DNA from: Octopus bimaculoides | Lineage: Eukaryota | Direction: 5' to 3' | NCBI RefSeq assembly: GCF_001194135.2 | Contig: NC_068989.1 | Span: 81,172,882 to 81,236,881, forward strand | Length of the DNA: 64,000 nt | Shown here: positions 10,379 to 21,080 of the stretch, one piece after another | Position numbering within the stretch: position 1 is the first letter of the stretch | Layout of the letters: every line of letters starts with the position of its first letter | The notes under the pieces: generated by a model | Seen by the model: only the letters and a program-made list of their open reading frames with translations | Told to the model about the DNA's origin: nothing | Databases searched by the model: none | Translations under genes and position numbers: made by a program

Positions 10379-11795
10379 CTTCTTCTGTGCTGGTATGAGT
10401 TGGATGGCTTGATAGAATCCAACAAGGGTTGTGCCCTATTTTAAAGTCTGCTTTGGTATGTATTTTATGGCTAGATACCCTTCCTAATACTTTTCAATGC
10501 AATGGGTACATTCTTTTTCCTAGTACCTGGGTGGAGGTAGCAAAAGTATAGGGAGAGTGAGGAATGGTTAGAGATGGGGTAAGGGTATAAATATAGTGAA
10601 TGATGAACATGGGTTGAGGCAGTGTGTGTNNNNNNNNNNNNNNNNNNNNNNNNNNNNNNNNNNNNNNNNNNNNNNNNNNNNNNNNNNNNNNNNNNNNNNN
10701 NNNNNNNNNNNNNNNNNNNNNNNGGGGGGGGGGGGGGAAAGGTAGTCAATGGTAAATATGAGTGTGATGGAAAGTAAAGAAGAGTAGATAACAGCTAGAA
10801 AATGGGAAACGTGTGTGTGTGTGTGCATATTATATCATCATCATCAATTAACATGCATTTTCCTTTCTGGCAGGGTTGGACAGTTTGACAGGAGCTAATA
10901 AGGCCAGGAGCTGCAGTAGGCTCCATTGTTTTGGTATGGTTTCTATGGCTGGATGCCCTTCCTAATGCCAACCACTTTATAGAGCATACTGGGTGCTTTT
11001 TACGTGGTACCAGTACCAGTGCTATTTATATGGTGCCAACACCAGTGTTTTTTACATGGCACCAGTGCTTTTTATGTGGCACCAACACTTTTTACATGGC
11101 ACTAGTGCCAGTGCATGTTACGTAGCACATACCCTTTTATCTGTCAGTCTGTCAACTGAATTGTCACCATTATACGTGATGGGGTTTTACACAATTTCCA
11201 TTTACCAAATTCCACTTACATAATATTGGTCAACCCAATGCTACAGTAGAAGACACTTGCTCACATTGTTATTTAGTGAACTTCTTAACCACACAGCCAT
11301 GCTTGCAGTCAATGTTGAATAAAGCAATTAGATCGAAGGGATAATACATGACTCATCAAAGTAAATGAAAATTAAAAAAATAACCAATTGATAATTGCTA
11401 ATTAATAATGAAAAAAAGAGAGTAAGATGCAAGCTAGTCAGGATCCAGAAAATATATGAACTCCATATAAACTGAAGTTGCATAGTTAAGGACTTTAATA
11501 TATAAACGAGAGGTTAGTTTTGCAAATAAAAATTCAAATGATAAGAACTGAAAATTCCCAAAACAAAGAAAAATTGTATTAGAGAAACAAAAATAAAATG
11601 TCCAAAAGAAAAATCTTCCCCACAAGCAGATAATACCAAGAGCAGCAAAAAACAAAAATTAAAAAGGGACCAATTTGGGAGCAAGACAAATAAAAATAAA
11701 TTAAATTGAAAAAGAGTGAGTGTATGTTTTTAGAATGGGTATATCAGGGAAAGTGTTTTTAATATTTTGTTTTTTAATGCAATTCTCATAGTTAC

Positions 11796-11813
11796 CTCCA
11801 GCTCAGAATCTTG
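11796..11813 (-). CDS. GBF1: Candidate alternative 18-nt microexon of GBF1 (QDSELE)
   Basis: ccaTGCttttttacag|CAA GAT TCT GAG CTG GAG|gtaact; phase 0-0 inside a phase 0 intron; no stop. No transcript evidence available. Confidence 0.55.
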
Positions 11814-12908
11814 CTGTAAAAAAGCATGGAATTGTAAAAAAAAATATGAAATATTCCTTCTAGACTAAATTCGATGGAAATATGTATAGTTGCAATTGCC
11901 ACTAGGCTAATAACAGAAAAATATTCAGCATGATGTTGAGAAAATTAAAAAACAATGTCTTAAATAAAAAGAAATAACACACATTCAACTTGCTAATTAG
12001 AACCATATTAAAAATGATGATGTGTATTAAATTATCTGGATCTTCAAACTTATTCTCTCTCTCTCCCTCTCCTGATGTGCACAGCAAAGGCAATAGACTG
12101 CGACAATATTTTCAGTCTCTATATTTTGTTAAAAACTGATAAAAGTTATTTAATTAGCTGGATACTGAGTAGAAATGTGCATTATAAATTTTAGCTGTCC
12201 ATGTATACTGCATAAATTGTAGATGGTTATTTATATATTTCTTTTTGACTGTTTTACCCGACACCTCATCCAACTGGTTGAGTGAGCTATAATTTAGAGC
12301 AATTATGTAAATTAGTAAAGTATTTTGAGTAAAAACAAAAAAGAGCATGTTTTCCCAAACATAAAGAAAAAAAAACAAGAGTAAAATTATATTTTAGGTT
12401 TGATATCTTCTGTTTTTGTTTCTCCAAATTTTTATGCAGCCCAACTTGAACCATCTTAATTTCATGAAAGCAACAATCCGGAATCTATCAAAGTTTCTAG
12501 ATTAAATAAGCAAAAATGATTTCTTTTGACGATGCTAATTTTTAATGGAATGTCAATATTTGAATTGATTTCAATATATGACTGGTATCTATTTTGTTTG
12601 ATTAACCTTGAGGTAAATTAAGCTCAGATGGACGAGATTACACACTGCAAATCATTTAATCCAGGGCTCTGCTATTTTGGCCCAAGTTTCACTCCTGCTT
12701 TATCTGATCTTTCACTTGATTCAGTCAGAGAACCCCTTTAAGGAATTTTACTTGAACAAATTGAACCCAGTATTTATTTTTATTTTTTCAAGACTGTTAC
12801 TTATTCTACCAATTCTCTTTTGCCAAACTGCTAAGTTACAGGTATGTAAGCACATCAACTGCTTGGCAACTAGGATATATATAAAAATGACAGGCTTCTT
12901 TCAGTTTC

Positions 12909-13127
12909 CTATTTCTTTATTGCCCACAGGGGGCTAAACATAGAGGGGACAAACAAGGACAGACAAACGGATTAAGTCGATTATATTGACCCCAGTGCAT
13001 AACTGGTACTTAATTTATTGACCTCGAAAGGATGAAAGGCAAAGTCAACCTCGGCGGAGTTTGAACTCAGAACGTAAAGACAAACAAAATACTGCTAAGC
13101 ATTTCGCCTGATGTGCTCGCCGCCTTT
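12909..13127 (-). mobile_element. SINE family B nested in a family C SINE
   Basis: 18-bp TSD CAGGCTTCTTTCAGTTTC (12891-12908 / 13128-13145) duplicates part of the host SINE. Confidence 0.88.
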
Positions 13128-14732
13128 CAGGCTTCTTTCAGTTTCTGCCAACCAAATCCACTCACAAGGCTTTGGCCAGGCTAAGGCTATAGTCTACAAT
13201 AGACACTTGCCCAAGGTGCCATGCAGTGGGATTGAAACCAGAACCATGTGATTGGGAAACAAACTTCTTACCACACAGCCATGTCAAACAATTCTTAACA
13301 GTTGAAAACAGTATTTCCTATCCAAACTATAATTTATTTGGGTCCTAAAAAATAGTGAATCAGAGATCAGTAGATGTCTAACAAAATTCAAACTGCATGA
13401 TTTACATGAAATAATCAGCTGCCAATTTAAACACAAGCTTCAAGATATTTATCTTTGAAAGTAAACATGTTGCTTAACTGCACTGTAGATATCACAAACA
13501 GATTGCTGCAGCAAATAAGTTGCTATGAACTAGGCCTTTGCTCTATTTCTAACTATCTGTATTCAACACCAAAATATAATTTTTACTTCATTAATTTTGA
13601 TTTTGAAGCTTTAGTCTACTTTTCTCAGGTGGACTTATAGCACAAAAATAGCTAACTAATGGATTGTATCATTTGCATTTTGTAGGTATGACCATCTAAT
13701 CATGTTCTAAGATCTAAGACTTAAAATATAGATTCACTTTAATGATAATGATTTGGCTACTACACGGATGGCCAGGTGGTTAAGGTGTTGCACTCACAAC
13801 TGCAAGATCATGGTTTTGATTCCTGGACTGGGTGTTGCATTGTGTTCTTGAGCAAATCGCTTCTTTTCATATTGCTCCAGGCCACTCAGCTATAAATAAG
13901 TAACACCGTGACAGACTGGCATCTCATTTAGGGAGATATGTTGCCATCTCGGTCACATGTATGCCATGGAAACCAGGTAACTGGTCCTATGAGTCCTGGG
14001 ATTTGAGACAGTAACATCCATAGTTTGATGATGATGGTGATAATATTACATGGAACAAATTGTGACCTATGCACAAGTTATCCTGTTAATTCACGTGTAG
14101 GAGATTAATCTCCTTGGCAACAACTGAAATATGTAATCAAACAGATCAAGTGACTATAAAAAGAACAAACATGCTCAGAAAAAACAAAAGTCTAACAAGT
14201 TACTTGCAAAGAAAACCCCATTTCTACTTCTGCTGTCTGTTATGATTCTATTAGTTATATATTAAAAAATAAATCATTAAGAACAATGTTTTCATATAAA
14301 CATTTTAATAGGTTTACATTTGCTTTCCTATATCAGTATGAATTAGATGGTTCTTCAAACATGACTATATAAAATGAATAACAATGTTGAAGTTAAACAA
14401 AAAGTGAACCGGAAGCTAGAAATTATTTAACTTAATCTGCTGCCGTGAATGAAGAATCTAAATTATTCTAACTTTTAAACAGTGTTGTATGTTCATCAGT
14501 GTAGAGCATATAAAGGGTGAATACACATCAAGGTCTTACTGATGCAAGGACTCTAATTCTTGTAGGGCTAAAGATGACTACAGAATTAATCAGGAAGTAT
14601 CAAAATGAGAAGAAAAATAAACAAGATAAGCTATGAAATAGAATATTTCCTCTTTGGTGGGAAGTAAATTTTGAATATGGTTCAGTTCACATTACTCCAT
14701 AAGGAGCAAAGGGCTGGTTTCCCAGTTTCTCT

Positions 14733-14767
<35 letters not shown>

Positions 14768-14954
14768 CCTTGGATGGGAAGCCAGTCCATCACAGGATAA
14801 TTTTGAATATACTACATATGTTATTGTGTTATTAAAAAAAAAAAAAAGGTAGTGTAGTATTTTGCTTGAGAATGCTTTGAAATGCTATGTAGTTGAAGCA
14901 AACAGAAATAGATTTTCTGAATCTATCAAATACTTTAGAAAAACAAATGAATAC

Positions 14955-15407
14955 CTGAAAGCTGTTATTGATATCAATTACAGTTTTTTCCATTGGTAAA
15001 GCAGCAGGCGTCGTGGCTATGATTTCATCTGGTGCAGTTTCATGGACACCGTCGGATGACTGAACTGATTCAGAAAGTTCACTTTCATTATTTAAGTCTT
15101 TGATCTTCCTATCACTTTCAATTCTGTTTTCCTCTGCACTAGTTTCATTTGTTACTGATGCATTGGTTGGAGAAGTAGTAGTTGTGGCTGTTATTGTGGA
15201 TGATGAAGATGATGATCCCGATACTGGTGTCCCTATAGAAACTGGTGCAGATGAAGTATTCCCATTCTTTATGCATTCATTGCTCTGCCGTGTGATCTGT
15301 GGATGCATTGAAGCATGTTGAGAGTTCATTTTGTCATGTTTCCGCTTGGGTGAGCGTTTCTTTTTGCCCATCCGTGATGGTTCAACACTGCCAGTCCTCA
15401 TCTTTAG
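14955..15407 (-). CDS. GBF1: GBF1 coding exon 7, DCB-HUS linker (LKMRTGSVEPSRMGKKKRSPKRK...DINNSFQ)
   Basis: 453 nt, phase 0 to 0, acceptor ccctggcag. Starts LKMR...KKKRSP like GBF1 LKMRAGG...KKQKRSPR. Donor CAG|GTATTC is weak, so the 3' boundary is less certain. Confidence 0.85.
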
Positions 15408-15769
15408 CTGCCAGGGGATAAATTAAAAAAAAAGAAACGCATAAAGACTAGATACAAGAAAATAATGAGATTACATCAATTTCTAAAAACGGTACAAGGC
15501 CACAGACCCTTTAAAGGGACACTATAATCAATTAACCACCAGAAGGTTCAGTCCTAGTGGCAGTGTAGTGGCTTGTGTGCTTCAATGAGCCTAAGAGCTA
15601 TGCTAGTGGAAAGAGAGCTCCTGGTAAAGCTTCCTATGCTGGATAGGTCAAGGGATGGAGGCCAGAATGATATGGATGAACTTTCGTCAGAGTAAAAATG
15701 GGTTTGCACAGAGCTGATATCTCTACCTAGAAATAGCAAAGCAAAGTTACAGAAGCATCAATAATAATT

Positions 15770-16000
15770 CAAAGCCAACAAACCTGGGTAAAGGAAGGCC
15801 TTCCCTTAGAGAAACATATAACATGGTGCAGCAAAATCCAAAAGGAAACTAACATCATGCATTACATATCAGGCCCTCCACCTGGAGTTCACAAGGGGGA
15901 CACCCTAGAAATAGCTGGAGGTGGAATATTGAGGCAGAGCTGAGAAAGCAGGGATTCAATTGAAGGAAGTAGAAAAGACAGCTTAGAGTCAAGAACAGAG
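15770..16000 (+). mobile_element. Decayed RTE-like ORF2 C-terminal fragment
   Basis: ITYQAL...GHPRNSWRWNIEAELRKQGFN resembles ITRQAL.W.PQGKRKRGRPRNTWRR.VEAE. Confidence 0.4.
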
Positions 16001-16559
16001 ATGATGGGGGATGAGATATCAGAATGGGTCCAAAGAGCGGAAGCGAAAGATCAGGAAAGGTGGCTGGGTAGAGGTAGCAAGATTTTATGTGGAAAGTGAG
16101 GGATGGCAAGAGATAATGGTAGGGGTGTGAATGTACTGATGATGAACAATGGTCTAATACTAACAAAAGTTATCTCTCCTTGTCCCTCTCTTTGGAACCA
16201 CACTTTCACCAGTTTTCATTCCGCTTGTCTTCAAAAGTGTTGAATTACTTGATGATTTGCTGATAGAGAAATGTCAAGAAACATCATCAAGTATAGCTTA
16301 ACACTTTTTTATAAAAGAAGTGTAGAAAGTAAACACTCAGGTAGACACGTGCACAGGTGCACATACACACTTACAATAGGCTTTTTCTGTCGATCAAGCT
16401 CACTTATGAGACGTTGGTTGCCTCAGGGTGAGAGTAAGAGACCATGCAACAAGACTGAACCCAAAACCTTATGGTTCAGAAGCAAATTTCTTAGCCACAC
16501 TACTTACATGGTCGTAGCTAGCTTAGAAAAGATGATTTGATCACAAAATAAGATGTTAC

Positions 16560-16669
16560 CTTCTTCATACTTGCATTCCATTTTGGATCTTCCTTGAACT
16601 GAGGTAGGCGTGTGAACAGAAGTTGTACCATATCCATAAGGGTGTGCTCAGCAGACTTCCTTAATAACT
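16560..16669 (-). CDS. GBF1: GBF1 coding exon 6 (ELLRKSAEHTLMDMVQLLFTRLPQFKEDPKWNASMKK)
   Basis: Not in the ORF track. 110 nt, phase 1 to 0, ttttattttag acceptor, AAG|GTAACA donor; resembles ELLRKSAEHTLVDMVQLLFTRLPQFKEE. Confidence 0.95.
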
Positions 16670-16734
16670 CTAAAATAAAATAAAATAAATAAAATAAACA
16701 ACAAAAACATACTTTCCATATACTCTTTTTAATC

Positions 16735-17155
16735 TTTTACTTGTTTCAGTCTTTTGACTGTGGCCATGCTGGAGCACCGCCTTTAGTCGAACAAATCGAC
16801 CCCAGGACTTATTCTTTGGAAGCCTAGTACTTATTCTATCGTAGTACTTTATTCTTAATAAGCCTAGTACTTATTCTATCTTTTGCCGAACCACTAAGTT
16901 ACAGGGACGTAAACACACCAGCGTCAGTTGTCAAGCTTTGTTGGGGGGACAAACACATACACACACACATATATATATACATATATGCGATGGGCTTCTT
17001 TTTCAGTGTCCGTCTACCAGATCCACTCACAAGGCTTTGGTCGGCCCGAGGCTATAGTAGAAGACACTTGCTCAAGGTGCCATGCAGTGGGACTGAACCC
17101 GGAACCATGTGGTTGGTAAGCAAGCTACTTACCACACAGCCACTCCTACGCCTAT
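16735..17155 (-). mobile_element. tRNA-derived CORE-like SINE, family C, with internal (TA)/(TG) microsatellite
   Basis: Head gtggctgtgtggtaagtagcttgcttaccaaccacatggttccgggttcagtcccactg; core ggcaccttgagcaagtgtcttctactatagcc; tail gcagtcaaaagactgaaacaagtaaaagatt. Internal duplication of agtacttattct. Confidence 0.85.
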
Positions 17156-17373
17156 ATGAAATCAATTTCCAAAGAATATTACTTCATTATTGATTATATG
17201 TCTTCTGAACGCAGTTTCTGGCTTGGACAAAATGGAGAATTTTTTGGTACTCTCCCTATCTATCTCAGCTCTTACATTAACAATACCATCTCTGTTATTT
17301 CTGTCTGTAATTATCAGTGGAACAGTGTTAATATTCTCAGTCTTAGCAATACTGTTCATATTTTCTTTTGGTT

Positions 17374-17404
<31 letters not shown>

Positions 17405-19283
17405 GCTGCTGCTGCTGTTGTACGCAACAATACTTTGTGTTACTCTGTTAATAACATTAGCATCACTGCTATTCACATTCTGTAACTTCCACTACATATT
17501 TACATCTCCAGGAGTAGTTTCTACAACTCCTGAAACAAGAAGGTTGATGTCACCATCTAGAGGAGTACTCTCTCTCTCTCTAACTTCTGATGTAACACTG
17601 TGATATCATTTCTGTCCACCTCCTACATACATAATATAGAACTTGAAGATGAAAATGTCAATAACCACATATTGAACTGTGTGTAAGCAAACTGAACTGA
17701 AAAATGGAGCATTTGCTTCAATACATAAAATTCAAATGCAAATCGAATAACTAGAAAGCAACCACACAAAGTGAACTCAATTACAATTGTGATCTTAAAA
17801 GGTTATTTCTACATCATTATTTAACATCTGTTTTCAATGCTGGCATGAGTTGGATGGTTTGACAGGATCTGGCAAGATGCAGGGCTGTGTTGAGCTTCAA
17901 TGTCAGCTTTGACATGGGTTCTACATATAAGGCCAAAAATTTGAGTGAAAATGTTTGTCGATAAGACTGACCCAGTTCTTGACCCAGGAGAGCAGAAAAG
18001 CAAAACTGACCTCAGTGGGATTTGAACTCAGAGCCAATCCACTACCTGTTTATTCAGAATGAAGTAACAAAGATAAAAATTATAAGCTGAGTTGTTTAAT
18101 TTATGGTACTATGTAAAAATATATCACAAATTGAGTCAAAAGAGAGAGTCTCTATGCAGTTGCTTGACTTTCTAGAAATAGCACCCAAATCTCCCTCAAC
18201 TCCCTCCTCTTACCATTTTGAAGTCTCAAACAAAAAAGACATATTGAATAATATATCTGGAAAAGGTGATGATCATTGATAAAATATCTTTGATAATAGA
18301 TCAACATGAGGGCTGATCTGTGACTAAACAACAACTTATGACAAAGATGTAGTTGTAATAACATTAAGCAAATATACTAATCTGTAAAAAAAAAATCTAT
18401 ATTAGCATGAGGGGTTGGAAAAAGAGGAAAAGGGTTATGATGATGGCATAAAACTATAAACAGGAAACTATTATCATCCCATGAATTAAATCTGTTGATG
18501 ACTGACAAGTATATATTTTATGATGAATCAGTCCAGTTGTTAAGGAACCACTTAAAGCTTATTAATCTATTATTCATGTGTGACATGGATAACAATAAAG
18601 GAGGAGGTGTTCAGGAGAGTGGTTTCTCCATTGCCTTTGTCAAGGCTATAAGAGGATTAACAAGTCAGTAATGTAAGCCAATGAAACAAACACTACTTAT
18701 ATAATACTCAAATAGGTTACAAACAAAAAATGTTTATTTTAAAACAGCAATTTACACCAGGGGTGAATTAGTAGAATCAGACATAATTCCTTGCAGTTTT
18801 CATTCCAGCTCTTTACACTCCAAGTTCAAATCCCATTGAAGCCAACTTTGCCTTTCATACTTATGGTGTTCATAAATAAAGAATCCAGTACCAAAGTTAA
18901 TTCTTCTCTGAATTCCACCTCTAATTCAAAAGAGATCGGACCTTGGTACATTATGTCCGCTAAGCTGATCTAAGAATTGTGCTAAAAGTATGCATGTCTG
19001 TGGAAAACTCAGCAGTTCATGAGTTAATTTCATGAATAAGAATTTAGTTGTTTCAACAACTGCATGTTCACTGTTGAGTCCAACAGAGAATCCATCACTC
19101 ATATACAGTGAAGAAGCAAGTATTAAAAGCCTTGCAATATAAAAGCAGTGAATGGTCAATGACACAGTGCAAACTATTGATTCTCCCACTAACATCATAT
19201 GTATGATGGACTAAAAATAAACCATACATTTTCAAATTTCTGATGAAGGGTCTTGCTTAAAACAGGAAGCCTTTCATTGGAGT

Positions 19284-19642
19284 TCATTTAAGTTCCATGT
19301 ATCTAATACATGTGGACTACAAAGTCAGAAAACAGCACAGCTCCCATGACTTTTGGAAACATGTTTTCACACTCAGAGTTGCTGAAGCATAGAAGAAGCT
19401 ACCTGCATCAGTTGTTAGTTGCCGAGACATTGCATCCTTTAAAACCTCCATGCTTCCTGAAATTCACCAACACTACACCTGATATCCCCACCTCCATATA
19501 CATGCACACATGTATATCATGATTCATACACTGTTCACTTTCCTGGCTTTTGTACATAATCCTATGTACTGTACATGCACCTTTGATGAGTTGTAGTGCA
19601 CCTGAGCATTATACACAATAATTTCATTATTATTATTATTAT
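19284..19642 (+). mobile_element. CR1-type LINE 3' end fragment
   Basis: Highly similar to ~40560-40917, including the gtagtgcacctgagca...cacaataatttcattattatt tail. Confidence 0.85.
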
Positions 19643-19803
19643 AAACAAATACCAGTTGCCAAATAGTGTGTGACAAACACAGACACAGACACACATACAG
19701 ACATATATATATATATATATATATATTGATGTGTCATGTGTCTTTGGAATTCCACAATATACATGTATGTGTGGTGTGTATATATGTATATATATGTATA
19801 TAC

Positions 19804-19853
<50 letters not shown>

Positions 19854-21080
19854 CCTAATAAGTAGGAAGGTAGATAAAACACAAACCCCTTCAGGTAGAT
19901 GGCCCTGCTCAGTATGTAGAAAAGGAGTAGGTAGTAACTCTATAAGATGTACCCGGTGCAAGCTATGGACACATAAGAGGTGAAGCAACATCAAAGGCAG
20001 GTTAACTAGCAAGTTAGTTTTTGTTTGTGGCAGATGTTCAGGTGCAATAAAGACTGTAAACAAACAGGAAACAACTTCTANNNNNNNNNNNNNNNNNNNN
20101 NNNNNNNNNNNNNNNNNNNNNNNNNNNNNNNNNNNNNNNNNNNNNNNNNNNNNNNNNNNNNNNNNNNNNNNNNNNNNNNNNNNNNNNNNNNNNNNNNNNN
20201 NNNNNNNNNNNNNNNNNNNNNNNNNNNNNNNNNNNNNNNNNNNNNNNNNNNNNNNNNNNNNNNNNNNNNNNNNNNNNNNNNNNNNNNNNNNNNNNNNNNN
20301 NNNNNNNNNNNNNNNNNNNNNNNNNNNNNNNNNNNNNNNNNNNNNNNNNNNNNNNNNNNNNNNNNNNNNNNNNNNNNNNNNNNNNNNNNNNNNNNNNNNN
20401 NNNNNNNNNNNNNNNNNNNNNNNNNNNNNNNNNNNNNNNNNNNNNNNNNNNNNNNNNNNNNNNNNNNNNNNNNNNNNNNNNNNNNNNNNNNNNNNNNNNN
20501 NNNNNNNNNNNNNNNNNNNNNNNNNNNNNNNNNNNNNNNNNNNNNNNNNNNNNNNNNNNNNNNNNNNNNNNNNNNNNNNNNNNNNNNNNNNNNNNNNNNN
20601 NNNNNNNNNNNNNNNNNNNNNNNNNNNNNNNNNNNNNNNNNNNNNNNNNNNNNNNNNNNNNNNNNNNNNNNNNNNNNNNNNNNNNNNNNNNNNNNNNNNN
20701 NNNNNNNNNNNNNNNNNNNNNNNNNNNNNNNNNNNNNNNNNNNNNNNNNNNNNNNNNNNNNNNNNNNNNNNNNNNNNNNNNNNNNNNNNNNNNNNNNNNN
20801 NNNNNNNNNNNNNNNNNNNNNNNNNNNNNNNNNNNNNNNNNGCGGGTGGCACATAAAAGACACCATTTCGAGCGTGGCCGTTTTCGTGCGGGTGACACGT
20901 AAAAGCACCCACTACACTCTCTGAGTGGTTGGCGTTAGGAAGGGCATCCAGCTGTAGAAGCTCTGCCAAATTAGACTGGAGCCTGGTGTTGCCATCCGGT
21001 TTCACCAGTCCTCAGTCAAATCGTCCAACCCATGCTAGCATGGAAAGCGGATGTTAAACGATGATGATGATGATGATGAT
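19854..21080 (+). mobile_element. 5'-truncated RTE-type LINE with Cys-rich finger, spanning a gap
   Basis: GRWPCSVCRKGVGSNSIRCTRCKLWTHKR...FVCGRC finger as found in some RTE ORF2; RTE 3' UTR and (GAT)n tail after the gap. Confidence 0.85.

Noticed and set aside
10724-10737. Poly-G run as a G-quadruplex
   Set aside because: Abuts an assembly gap; may be a sequencing or assembly artefact.
15100-15321. Plus-strand ORFs antisense to GBF1 exons (also 162-362, 27256-27498, 27682-27915, 17190-17603)
   Set aside because: Shadow frames of minus-strand coding or coding-like sequence.
19236-19270. CTGATGAAGGGTCTTGCTTAAAACAGG, possible hammerhead relic; similar weak cases near 21330-21390 and 56985-57020
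   Set aside because: GAAAC/GUH and stems cannot be completed without several assumed mutations.
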